From contig JBGAML010000007.1 in the NCBI GenBank assembly GCA_044223005.1, positions 128,001 through 192,000 of the forward strand: a stretch of 64,000 nucleotides of DNA, written 5' to 3'. The position numbers and the translations under genes were made by a program. The first letter of the stretch is position 1; every line of letters begins with the position of its first letter. This DNA is from Candidatus Eiseniibacteriota bacterium. Lineage in GTDB: Bacteria; Eisenbacteria; RBG-16-71-46. Shown one piece after another: positions 11,083 through 19,930 of this stretch. The notes below the pieces were generated by a model that was given only the letters and a program-made list of their open reading frames with translations, did no database searches and had not been told where the DNA came from.

Positions 11083-12014
11083 TGCGCACCCGCGTGCACG
11101 GCGTGGCGCTCGGGCTCGCGCTCGCGGCACTGCTCGCGCTCGGGCCCGCCGCGTGCACCGCGCGCCCGGCCGCCGACGGCGAGCGCATGATGGCGCGCGT
11201 GCGCCGGCAGGTGGACGCGGGGCCGCGCGTCGTCGGCACCGCGGCGCACGACACGGTGCGCGACTGGATCGCCGCGGAGCTCGAGCGGCTCGGCGGGCGC
11301 GTCGAGCGGCAGGCGTTCGTGGATTCCACGCTCGGGCGGCCGCTGCCGCTCGTCAACGTGATCGGGCGCTTCGGCCCCGCGGACGGGCGCCGCATCGTGC
11401 TGTGCGCGCACTACGACTCGCGGCCGTGGTGCGACGAGGATCCCGACACGGCGTACCATCGCGTGCCCGTGCAGGGCGCGAACGACGGCGGCTCGGGCGT
11501 GGCGGTGCTGCTCGAGGTGGCCGAGCGCATGAAGCTGCAGCCGCCGCCGGTCGGCGTCGACCTCGTGTTCTTCGACGGCGAGGACCTCGGCACGCAGCAG
11601 GCGCTGGACGCGTTCTGCCTCGGCTCCAAGGGCTATGCCGCGCGGTTGCCCGCACCGGGGGACCCGGCGCGGCCCGTGGCGGGCTTCCTGTTCGACATGG
11701 TCGGTGGCCGCGGGCTGTCGATCCACGCCGAGAGCAACTCGAACGAGCGCGCGGCCAACCTGGTCGCGCTCGTCGCGATGGCCGCGAAGGCGACGCGCGC
11801 GAGCGCGTTCCACGACGACGTGAAGTGGACGATCGTGGACGACCACATCCCTCTCAACGACGCGGGCCTGCCGACGGTCGACATCCTCGACTTCGACTAC
11901 CCGGCCTGGCACACGCACCACGACGTTCCCGAGCAGATGTCGGCCGCGAGTCTCGCGCAGGTCGCCGGCGTGGCGTGCTGGCTCGTGTACGAGAGCCCGC
12001 TCGCCCGGCACTGA
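11082..12014 (+). CDS. M28-family zinc enzyme, glutaminyl cyclase-like putative lipoprotein
   Basis: ATG overlaps the sprA stop; signal peptide ending ..PAAC; motifs CAHYDSR, GANDGGSG, FFDGED, DMVG, IVDDHIP, YPAWHT. Confidence 0.85.
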   Translation: MRTRVHGVALGLALAALLALGPAACTARPAADGERMMARVRRQVDAGPRVVGTAAHDTVRDWIAAELERLGGRVERQAFVDSTLGRPLPLVNVIGRFGPADGRRIVLCAHYDSRPWCDEDPDTAYHRVPVQGANDGGSGVAVLLEVAERMKLQPPPVGVDLVFFDGEDLGTQQALDAFCLGSKGYAARLPAPGDPARPVAGFLFDMVGGRGLSIHAESNSNERAANLVALVAMAAKATRASAFHDDVKWTIVDDHIPLNDAGLPTVDILDFDYPAWHTHHDVPEQMSAASLAQVAGVACWLVYESPLARH

Positions 12015-12195
12015 CCCCGAGCGCGTCGCGCCCTCCGGCGCCCGCTCGCGCACTCGGCCGGCCGCCGGGCCACCGCCGTATCACCCCGGCGGAGAACGCG
12101 ATCCGGCCGCCCGCGGCTCCCCGCGCACCGGCACCGGGCCGCGGCGGGGGCACCGCCCGGGCCCGGAGCGCCGGAGCCACGTCCGGGGGGCCGAC

Positions 12196-12224
12196 TTGCC
12201 CCACCGGAGGCCATCGGGTACTTT
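12196..12224 (+). promoter_or_regulatory. sigma70-type promoter of the rimP-nusA-infB operon
   Basis: TTGCCC-17 nt-TACTTT just upstream of the rimP leader. Confidence 0.55.
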
Positions 12225-12231
12225 GCGGGCA

Positions 12232-12263
12232 GGAGTGGGGCAGGTGCGACCACTCCGTTTTTT
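12232..12263 (+). promoter_or_regulatory. rimP leader hairpin + U-tract (attenuator-like)
   Basis: GGAGTGG...CCACTCC stem followed by GTTTTTG directly before rimP. Confidence 0.55.
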
Positions 12264-12281
12264 GTCTGTATGGGAGCCAAA

Positions 12282-12803
12282 GTGGAAGTCCGGGAAGAAG
12301 TTCGCCAGCTGGCACAACCTCTCGCCGACGACGATGGATTCGAGCTCGTGGACGTCGAACTGTCGTCCGTCGGGCGCCATCGCGTCATCCGGGTCATGCT
12401 CGACCGCCCCGGAGGCGTGAGCGTGGGGGATTGCGCCCGGTTCAGCCGCCGGCTCTCGGATTGTCTCGACATGAACCAGACCGTCCCGGGGGCCTATCAC
12501 CTCGAGGTGAGTTCTCCCGGGCTGGATCGTCCACTTCGCACGCTGGAGCACGTGGAGCGATTCTCCGGGAAGCGCGCCGCGCTCGTGACGCACGAGCCGC
12601 GCGACGGGAGACGGCGCTTCGAAGGCGTGCTGCAGGGGCCGCGCGAGAGCTCGGTCGGTGTGCGAACGGACGAAGGTGAAGAATTGTGGTTCGAGTGGGC
12701 CGAAGTGAAGTCGGCCCGTCTGGTGGTGGATCCGTGGGAAGGCCTGCGGAACCCGAAAGGCCGGACGGCGGGCGAGCGCCGGCCGCGGGGAGGGTCCCAA
12801 TGA
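12282..12803 (+). CDS. rimP: ribosome maturation factor RimP
   Basis: GTG after GGGAG (alternative ATG 12270); GFELVDVE, DCARFSR.LSD.LD, YHLEVSSPGLDRPL; precedes nusA. Confidence 0.95.
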   Translation: MEVREEVRQLAQPLADDDGFELVDVELSSVGRHRVIRVMLDRPGGVSVGDCARFSRRLSDCLDMNQTVPGAYHLEVSSPGLDRPLRTLEHVERFSGKRAALVTHEPRDGRRRFEGVLQGPRESSVGVRTDEGEELWFEWAEVKSARLVVDPWEGLRNPKGRTAGERRPRGGSQ

Positions 12804-14179
12804 ACAACGAAATCCTGGACGCGCTGAGCCAGATCACGCGGGAGAAGAGCGTCGATCGCGCGTTGCTGATCGAGACGCTCGAGACCGGCCTCGCGAGCGC
12901 GGTGCGCAAGAAGCACGGCGCCACCGCGGACGTCGACGTGCGCTTCAACGAGCGCACCGGCCAGCTCGAGTGCGCGCTCCGCATGAGCGTGGTCGAGACG
13001 GTCGAGGATCCGTCGTTCCAGTGGACCGTCGAGAAGGCGCGTGCGCACAAGGCCGACGCCAAGGTCGGTGACGTCGTGCGCATCCCGCTGCCGATCAACG
13101 AGTTCGGCCGTAACGCGATCCAGACCGCCAAGCAGGTGCTCATCCAGCGCGTGCGCGAAGCCGAGCGTGACCGGGTGTTCAAGGAGTACTCGGACAAGGT
13201 CGGCGCGCTGGTGCGCGGTGTGGTGCAGCAGGTGGACCGCGGCAACGTGATCGTGAAGCTCGACTTCAGCGAAGGCGTGCTGCCGGCGCGCGAGCAGATC
13301 CCGAGGTCGTACCACCGCCAGGGCGACTACGTGCGCGCCGTGGTGATCAACGTCGACAAGTCCGCGAAGGGTCCGCAGGTGATCCTGTCGCGCACGCATC
13401 CCGACTTCCTGCGCCGCCTGTTCGAGAGCGAGGTGCCCGAGATCGCCGACGCCATCGTCGAGGTCAAGGCCGTCTCGCGCGAGGCCGGCGCGCGCTCGAA
13501 GATCAGCGTCTTCTCCACCGATCCGCGCGTGGACGCGGTGGGCTCGTGCGTGGGCCTCAAGGGCTCGCGCGTGCAGAGCATCGTGCGCGAACTGGGCGGC
13601 GAGCGCATCGACATCGTGCCGTGGTCGGCCGACGCGTCGGTGTTCGTCTCGCGCGCGCTCGCGCCGGCCCGCGTCATGGACGTGAAGGTGCAGGAGGCGG
13701 ACAGGCGCATGCTGGTGATCGTGGCCGACGACCAGCTCTCGCTCGCGATCGGCAAGGGTGGGCAGAATGCCCGCCTCGCCGCGCGGCTCACGGGCTGGAA
13801 GATCGACCTCGTGTCCAAGTCCGACGAGAAGAAGCGCGTCGAGCTGGAGCGTGCGAGCCGCATCGAGGTCGAGCAGCTCGGCCTCGGCGAAGCGACGACC
13901 GAGAAGCTCATCTCGGCGGGCATCGAGACGGCGCAGGAGCTGGTCGCGACGCCGCTCGAGAAGCTGGTCGAGATCCCGGGTATCGGCGAGAAGACGGCGG
14001 AGAAGGTGCTGGCGACCGCGCTCGAGTACATGGCCGCGCACCCGCCGGTGACGGCGTCCGAGACCCCGAACGAACTGGAATTCACGCCGGAGATGGAGCC
14101 CGCCGCGGAAGCGGCCGCGGGCGACGCCGGTCCTGCAGCATCGAGCGATGCCGCGGAAGGAGCGGAACGTGCCGAGTAA
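12800..14179 (+). CDS. nusA: transcription termination/antitermination factor NusA
   Basis: FGRNAIQTAKQV, LFESEVPEI, REAGARSKI, CVGLKGSRVQ, QLSLAIGKGGQNARLAARLTGWKID; C-terminal HhH/acidic region. Confidence 0.97.
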   Translation: MNNEILDALSQITREKSVDRALLIETLETGLASAVRKKHGATADVDVRFNERTGQLECALRMSVVETVEDPSFQWTVEKARAHKADAKVGDVVRIPLPINEFGRNAIQTAKQVLIQRVREAERDRVFKEYSDKVGALVRGVVQQVDRGNVIVKLDFSEGVLPAREQIPRSYHRQGDYVRAVVINVDKSAKGPQVILSRTHPDFLRRLFESEVPEIADAIVEVKAVSREAGARSKISVFSTDPRVDAVGSCVGLKGSRVQSIVRELGGERIDIVPWSADASVFVSRALAPARVMDVKVQEADRRMLVIVADDQLSLAIGKGGQNARLAARLTGWKIDLVSKSDEKKRVELERASRIEVEQLGLGEATTEKLISAGIETAQELVATPLEKLVEIPGIGEKTAEKVLATALEYMAAHPPVTASETPNELEFTPEMEPAAEAAAGDAGPAASSDAAEGAERAE

Positions 14180-16736
14180 CCCCGCGGCCAAGAAGCTGCG
14201 CATCTACGAGGTCGCCAAGGATCTCGGCATGTCGAGCGACGTGATCATCCAGATCGCGAAGAAGCTCGGTGTCGAGGTGAAGAACCACATGAGCACCCTC
14301 CCCGTCGAGATGGTGGAGAAGGTGCGCGCCGAGATGGCGACCGAAAAGGCCGCCGCGCGCGAGGAAGTCGTGCGGCAGCAGGAGCAGGAAGCGCAGCGCG
14401 CCCGCGACGAGCGTGCGCGCGCGCAGGCCCAGCCGTCCGCGGCGGGCGGCTACCAGCAGAACCCGGCGCTGCCGTACAACCGTCCACCCGGCGCGGGCTC
14501 GGCGGTCGTCTATCGTCCGCCGCAGCCGGTCGTGCCCGGCCGTCCCGCGACGCCGTCCACGCCGCCGCAGCGCGGCCCGCAGGGCGGCGGCCGTCCGGGT
14601 GGTCCCGGCGGTCCCGGTGGCCGTCCCGGCGGATACAGTGGCGGTCGGCCCGGTGGCTACGGCGGTGGTCGTCCCCAGGGCGCGCCCGGTGGTGGCGGCG
14701 GTGGCGGTGGCCGTCCGTGGAGCGGCCCGACGTCGTCCGGTCCCGGCGGTGGCGCGCCCGGTGGCGGTGGTGGCGGGCGTCCCGCGTTCGGTGGCGGCGG
14801 CCCCGGTGGTCCGGGTCGCGGCGGCCCGGGCCGGCGTGATCGCAAGAAGAAGAAGAACGTCGACGAGCGGCAGGCGGCGGAGAGCGTCCGCAAGACTCTC
14901 GCGACGCTCGATCTCGGCAGCTCGCGCCGCAAGCATCGCCGGCGCGACGAGGACGGTGCGGATGCGCCGGCCGAGGCGGCGAAGGTCATCAAGGCCGCGG
15001 AGTTCATCACCGTGGCCGAGCTCGCCGGCCTGCTCGAGGTCAAGCCGCAGGAGGTCATCGGCGCGTGCATGCGCATGGGCCTCATGGCGACGATCAACAA
15101 GCGTCTCGACAAGGACTCGATGATGACCGTGGCCGACGAGTTCGGCTACGAGGTCGAGTTCGTGTCGGAGTTCGGTGAAGAGGCCGAGGTCGAGGCCGCC
15201 GACGAGTCGCCGGCCGAGAAGCTGCGGCCGCGTGCGCCGGTCGTCACGGTCATGGGCCACGTCGACCACGGCAAGACGTCGCTGCTCGACTACGTCCGCA
15301 AGTCGAACGTGATCGCGGGCGAGTCCGGCGGCATCACGCAGCACATCGGCGCGTACGACGTGACGTTGCCCGACGGCCGCAAGGTCTGCTTCCTCGACAC
15401 GCCCGGTCACGAGGCGTTCACCGCCATGCGTGCCCGCGGCGCGCAGGTGACGGACGTCGTCGTGCTGGTCGTGGCGGCGGACGACCGCGTCATGCCGCAG
15501 ACGATCGAAGCGATCGACCACGCGAAGGCCGCCAACGTGCCGATCGTGGTCGCGATCAACAAGGTCGACCTGCCGACGGCCGATCCGCAGAAGATCAAGA
15601 CCGAGCTCGCCGGCCACGGCGTCGTCGTCGAGGAGTTCGGCGGCAAGTACGTCAGCGTCGAGATCTCGGCCAAGAAGGGCACCAACGTCGACAAGCTGCT
15701 CGACATGATCCTGCTCTCGACCGAGATGCTCGAGCTCAAGGCGGATCCGGATCGCCGCGCGCGCGGCGTCGTGCTGGAAGCGCGCGTCGAGCAGGGCCGT
15801 GGCGTCGTCGCGAGCGTGCTCGTGCAGATGGGCACGCTGCGCATCGGCGACCCGTTCGTCGCCGGAGCGCACTTCGGGCGCGTCCGCGCGATGTTCAACG
15901 AGCGCATGCAGGCGGTGAAGCAGGCCGGTCCCTCGACGCCCGTCGAGGTGCTCGGCTGGGACACGACCCCGGGCGCCGGCGACATCTTCGTCTCGCTCGA
16001 GGACGAGCGCGAAACCCGCGAGATCGCGGGCAAGCGCGCCGCGCTGCACCGCGAGCAGGAGTTCCGTGCCGCCAAGCCGACCCTGAGCGACTTCTATTCG
16101 CAGATGTCGCAGGGCGGGCCCAACGAGCTCAAGATGCTCATCAAGGGCGACGTGGACGGCTCGGTCGAGGCGCTCAGCGAGTCGCTGCAGAAGCTCAGCA
16201 CCGCCGAAGTCGCCGTGCGCGTCATCCGCCAGGCGGTCGGCCAGATCACCGAGTCCGACGTGCTGCTGGCGTCGGCGTCCGGCGCGATCGTGGTCGGCTT
16301 CCACGTGCGGCCCGACGCGAAGGCGCGCGAGATGGCGGAGCGTGACAAGGTCGAAATCCGGCTCTACGACATCATCTACAAGGCCGTCGAGGACGTGAAG
16401 CAGGCGCTCGAGGGCATGCTCAAGCCGGAACTGAAGGAAGTCTCGCTCGGCGTCGCCGAGGTCCGGCAGGTGTTCCGCCTCTCGAAGGGCTCCGTGGTGG
16501 CCGGCTGCATGGTCTCCACGGGCAAGATCACCCGCGGCGAATCGATCCGCGTGCTGCGCGCCGGCGAGACGGTCTGGACCGGCCGGATCGAGGCGCTCAA
16601 GCGCTTCAAGGACGACGTCCGCGAAGTGCTGCAGGGCTTCGAGTGCGGCATCACGCTCGCGGGCTTCAACGACATCCAGCAGGGCGACCGGCTGGAGTCC
16701 TTCACCGTGCAGGAGCTGGCCCGCACGCTGGCATGA
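14169..16736 (+). CDS. infB: translation initiation factor IF-2
   Basis: GTG after GGAAGGAG; LRIYEVAKDLG, MGHVDHGKTSLLD, DTPGHEAFTAMRARGA, NKVD, LKRFKDDVREV. Confidence 0.97.
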   Translation: MPSNPAAKKLRIYEVAKDLGMSSDVIIQIAKKLGVEVKNHMSTLPVEMVEKVRAEMATEKAAAREEVVRQQEQEAQRARDERARAQAQPSAAGGYQQNPALPYNRPPGAGSAVVYRPPQPVVPGRPATPSTPPQRGPQGGGRPGGPGGPGGRPGGYSGGRPGGYGGGRPQGAPGGGGGGGGRPWSGPTSSGPGGGAPGGGGGGRPAFGGGGPGGPGRGGPGRRDRKKKKNVDERQAAESVRKTLATLDLGSSRRKHRRRDEDGADAPAEAAKVIKAAEFITVAELAGLLEVKPQEVIGACMRMGLMATINKRLDKDSMMTVADEFGYEVEFVSEFGEEAEVEAADESPAEKLRPRAPVVTVMGHVDHGKTSLLDYVRKSNVIAGESGGITQHIGAYDVTLPDGRKVCFLDTPGHEAFTAMRARGAQVTDVVVLVVAADDRVMPQTIEAIDHAKAANVPIVVAINKVDLPTADPQKIKTELAGHGVVVEEFGGKYVSVEISAKKGTNVDKLLDMILLSTEMLELKADPDRRARGVVLEARVEQGRGVVASVLVQMGTLRIGDPFVAGAHFGRVRAMFNERMQAVKQAGPSTPVEVLGWDTTPGAGDIFVSLEDERETREIAGKRAALHREQEFRAAKPTLSDFYSQMSQGGPNELKMLIKGDVDGSVEALSESLQKLSTAEVAVRVIRQAVGQITESDVLLASASGAIVVGFHVRPDAKAREMAERDKVEIRLYDIIYKAVEDVKQALEGMLKPELKEVSLGVAEVRQVFRLSKGSVVAGCMVSTGKITRGESIRVLRAGETVWTGRIEALKRFKDDVREVLQGFECGITLAGFNDIQQGDRLESFTVQELARTLA

Positions 16737-16819
16737 TCGCGGCCCGGGGCGCGCCACGCGCGCCCCGGGCATCGCGCCGCGCCGTGCACCGGCCGGCGCA
16801 TCGGGTCGCGGGAGGTCCG

Positions 16820-17101
16820 GTGTTCGTCGGCATCGCGCGCGCGGAGCTGCACCTGCCCGCGGCGCGCTCGCTCAAGGACAAGCGCCAGGTGGTGCGCAGC
16901 CTCAAGGATCGCCTCCGCGACCGGGCGCTCGCCGCCGTGGCCGAAGTCGACTACCACGATCTCTGGCAGCGCACGGCGCTGGGGATCGCGGTCGTGGCCG
17001 CGGAGGCGGGACAGGCGCAGGAACTGCTGCAGGTGGCGCGCCGCCTCGCCGACGGTGAGGTCGCGGCCGTGCTCACGGACTGGCAGGAGAGAATCGAGTG
17101 A
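16820..17101 (+). CDS. DUF503 (YlxP-like) protein
   Basis: GTG after GGAGG; SLKDKRQVVRSL, VAEVDYHDLWQR; usual position between infB and rbfA. Confidence 0.85.
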   Translation: MFVGIARAELHLPAARSLKDKRQVVRSLKDRLRDRALAAVAEVDYHDLWQRTALGIAVVAAEAGQAQELLQVARRLADGEVAAVLTDWQERIE

Positions 17102-17469
17102 GAATCCGCCCCGAGAAGGTTGCCCAGCTGATGCGGCGCGAAGTCGCCGAGATCCTCGAGACGAAGCTGCGCGACCCGCGGCTCGCCACCACCGTCACCG
17201 TGACCGACGTCGAGGTCACCTCCGACCTGTCGTTCGCGCGCATCTACGTGACCGTGATGGGCGACATGTCCGTGCGGCCCGGCGCGCTCGCCGCGCTGCA
17301 GCACGCGGCCGGCTTCGTGCGCCACGAACTCGGCGACCGCCTCGGCCTGCGCGAGGTGCCCGAAATCCGGTTCCTCTACGACGACTCGCTCGACCAGGGC
17401 GCGCGCGTGGACGAGCTGCTGCGCAAGATCGAGCGCGGCGAGCCCGTGGAGGGCGACGAGGAGGCATGA
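17098..17469 (+). CDS. rbfA: 30S ribosome-binding factor A
   Basis: KLRDPRL, VTVTDVEVTSDLSFARIYV, LREVPEIRFLYDDSL. Confidence 0.95.
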   Translation: MRIRPEKVAQLMRREVAEILETKLRDPRLATTVTVTDVEVTSDLSFARIYVTVMGDMSVRPGALAALQHAAGFVRHELGDRLGLREVPEIRFLYDDSLDQGARVDELLRKIERGEPVEGDEEA

Positions 17470-18428
17470 GCGGCGCCTCGCGCGGCGCGGCGGCCCCGGC
17501 GTGGTCGGGCCTGCTGCCGGTCGACAAGCCGGCGGGCCCGACCTCGCACGACGTCGTCGCGCGCGCCCGGCGCGCGCTCGGTACGCGCGCGATCGGGCAC
17601 CTCGGCACGCTCGATCCCGCTGCGACCGGACTGCTCGTGCTCGCGGTGGGCGCGGCGACGCGCTGCGCCGCGGTGTGGCAGGGCGGCGCCAAGCTCTACG
17701 AGGGCGTCGCGCGCTTCGGGCTCGTGACCGACTCGCAGGACCTCGACGGCCACGTGCTCGCCGACCGCGACGCGCGCCCCGCGCCCGAGGCGATCCGCGC
17801 CGCCGCCGGCGCGCTGACCGGCGAGCTCGCGCAGGTGCCGCCGATGGTGTCCGCGCTCAAGGTGGGCGGCGAGCGCCTGCACGCGATCGCCCGCCGCGGC
17901 GAGTCGGTCGAGCGCGCACCGCGCGCGGTGCGCGTGGACGCGTGGGAGTGGCTCGCGTTCGAGGGCCGCGACGCGCGCTTCCGCGTGCGCTGCTCGGGCG
18001 GGACCTACGTGCGCACGCTGGTGCACGACCTCGGCACCACGCTCGGCTGCGGCGCCGCGCTCGCGTCGCTGCGCCGGCTCGCGAGCGATCCGTTCGACGT
18101 GGCGAACGCCGCGGCGTGGGCGGACCTCGACGCCGGCGTCCGCGACGCGACGCTCGCGCGCCACGGAGTGTCGCTCGACCGGGCGCTCGAGGTGCTGCCC
18201 GCGGTCGTGCTCGATCCGCGCGACGCCGAGGCGCTCGGCCACGGCCAGCCGGTGGCGGTCGCCGAACCGCCCGCGGGCGCGCTCGGCCGCGGCGCGCGCT
18301 CGATCGTCCTGCGCGACGCCGGCGGCCGCGCGCTCGCGCTGGGCGAGCTGCAGGCGGCCGCGGACGGCACGTGGGCGCGGCCGCAGGTCGTGTTCCCGTG
18401 GGCGGTGCGCGAAGGGCGGGCGGCGTGA
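17466..18428 (+). CDS. truB: tRNA pseudouridine(55) synthase
   Basis: VDKPAGPTSHDVV, GHLGTLDPAATG, QVPPMVSALKVGG, CSGGTYVRTL. Confidence 0.93.
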   Translation: MSGASRGAAAPAWSGLLPVDKPAGPTSHDVVARARRALGTRAIGHLGTLDPAATGLLVLAVGAATRCAAVWQGGAKLYEGVARFGLVTDSQDLDGHVLADRDARPAPEAIRAAAGALTGELAQVPPMVSALKVGGERLHAIARRGESVERAPRAVRVDAWEWLAFEGRDARFRVRCSGGTYVRTLVHDLGTTLGCGAALASLRRLASDPFDVANAAAWADLDAGVRDATLARHGVSLDRALEVLPAVVLDPRDAEALGHGQPVAVAEPPAGALGRGARSIVLRDAGGRALALGELQAAADGTWARPQVVFPWAVREGRAA

Positions 18429-19348
18429 GCGGCAGCGTCGCGGTCGGCGTGTTCGACGGCCTGCATCGCGGGCACGTCGCGCTCATCGAGCGGGCGCGCG
18501 CGCGCGCCGCGGGCGAGCGCTGCGTGGCGGTGAGCTTCGATCCGCATCCGGACGTCGTGCTCGCCAAGGAGTTCCGCGCGCTGCCGCCGCTCACGCCGCT
18601 CGCCGAGAAGCAGGAACGCCTCGCGGCGATGGGCGTGGAGCTGCACGTGCTGCCGTTCACGCGCGAGCTCGCGCGGCTCGAGCCCGAGACGTTCGTCGCC
18701 GCGCACCTGGTCGGCCCGTTCGCCCCGCGCTGGCTGGTGGTGGGCGAGGACTTCGCGCTCGGGCGCGCGCGCAGTGGGAACGTCGACCGGCTGCGCGCGA
18801 TCGGGCAGGGCAGCGGGTTCGAGGTCGAAGCCGTGCCGCTGCGGCTCGAGGGCGGCGAGGCCGTGAGCAGCACGCGCATCCGCGCGCTGCTCGAACGCGG
18901 CGACGTGCGCGGCGCCGCGGCGCTGCTCGGCCGGCGCTACTCGCTCGCCGGGCGAGTGGTGCACGGCGACGCGCTCGGCCGCGAACTCGGCTACCCGACC
19001 GCCAACCTGCGGCTGCACGAGGAGAAGTGCGTGCCCGCGCTGGGCATCTACGCCGTGTGGGCGCGGATCGACCGGGCCGGGGACTGGATCGCCGGCGCCA
19101 TGAGCGTCGGGGTGCGGCCCACTTTCGGGGGCCAGGTGCGCACGCTCGAGGTGTTCCTGCTCGATTGGAGCGGCGACCTCTACGACCGCGACGTCGAGGT
19201 GGCGTTCGTCGACTGGCTCCGCCCGGAGCTGCGGTTCGACGGCCGCGAGGCCCTCGTCGCGGCCATCGACGGCGACGTGGCGCAGACGCGCCAACGACTT
19301 GCGGCCGATCCCCGCTCCCCGGGCGAGGCGCCGGGGGAGTGGTCCTGA
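18425..19348 (+). CDS. ribF: bifunctional riboflavin kinase/FAD synthetase
   Basis: GVFDGLHRGH, VSSTRIR, GRELGYPTANL, GVRPTF, LRPELRF. Confidence 0.93.
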   Translation: MSGSVAVGVFDGLHRGHVALIERARARAAGERCVAVSFDPHPDVVLAKEFRALPPLTPLAEKQERLAAMGVELHVLPFTRELARLEPETFVAAHLVGPFAPRWLVVGEDFALGRARSGNVDRLRAIGQGSGFEVEAVPLRLEGGEAVSSTRIRALLERGDVRGAAALLGRRYSLAGRVVHGDALGRELGYPTANLRLHEEKCVPALGIYAVWARIDRAGDWIAGAMSVGVRPTFGGQVRTLEVFLLDWSGDLYDRDVEVAFVDWLRPELRFDGREALVAAIDGDVAQTRQRLAADPRSPGEAPGEWS

Positions 19349-19504
19349 AGGAGAAATCGGACTGGTCCCGACCGGTCCCGGGATGGTATGTTCCCGCGTC
19401 GCCCTGCGCCTGCAGGGCCGGCCGGTAGCGACTGCTCCCTCCGAACGAGACCTGACACTCGCGGACGGGGCCTCGGTTCTCACCTCTTGCAGGAGATCTC
19501 TGCT

Positions 19505-19774
19505 GTGACGCTCACGAAGGAGCAGAAGCAGGGCATCATCGACAAATTCAAGACCCACGAAGGCGACTCGGGCTCACCGGAGGTGCAGATCGCCCTCCTG
19601 TCCGAGAAGATCGACTACCTCACGGAGCACTTCAAGGTCCACAAGCGCGACCACGCGTCGCGCCGCGGCCTGCTCCGGATGGTGGGTCAGCGGCGCCGGC
19701 TGCTCGACTACCTGAAGGCGACCAAGGTGGATCGGTATCGAAAGGTCGTCAAGGAACTCGGACTTCGTCGCTAG
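19505..19774 (+). CDS. rpsO: 30S ribosomal protein S15
   Basis: GTG after AGGAG; 89 aa; [42 protein letters not shown]. Confidence 0.97.
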   Translation: MTLTKEQKQGIIDKFKTHEGDSGSPEVQIALLSEKIDYLTEHFKVHKRDHASRRGLLRMVGQRRRLLDYLKATKVDRYRKVVKELGLRR

Positions 19775-19791
19775 GAATCACCTGGCGACAT

Positions 19792-19819
19792 GAGACGCGG
19801 CCCTCCCGGGCCGCGTTTC
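19792..19819 (+). terminator. hairpin downstream of rpsO (possible terminator)
   Basis: GAGACGCGGCCC-TCCC-GGGCCGCGTTTC stem-loop; short U-tract. Confidence 0.45.
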
Positions 19820-19930
19820 GCTAGAACGGGGAAGGTCCCCGTTCGACCCGCCGGGCGTCGCTCGCCCGGACCGGGTAGGTCGTGACGACGAGGGTCGTCG
19901 TCACATGCGAGAGACAGGAAGACCAGAGGA

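Noticed and set aside
4666..11130. 2154-aa ORF antisense to sprA
   Set aside because: Shadow frame caused by strong GC3 codon bias; Arg/Ala/Val-rich with no motifs, while the + strand has clear SprA features
14580..14840. GGCGGT/CCCGGT tandem-like repeats as CRISPR or VNTR
   Set aside because: In-frame Gly/Pro codons of IF2; no repeat-spacer structure
16742..16770. GC hairpin between infB and the DUF503 gene
   Set aside because: No U-tract and inside an operon; may be a stability element but is not callable
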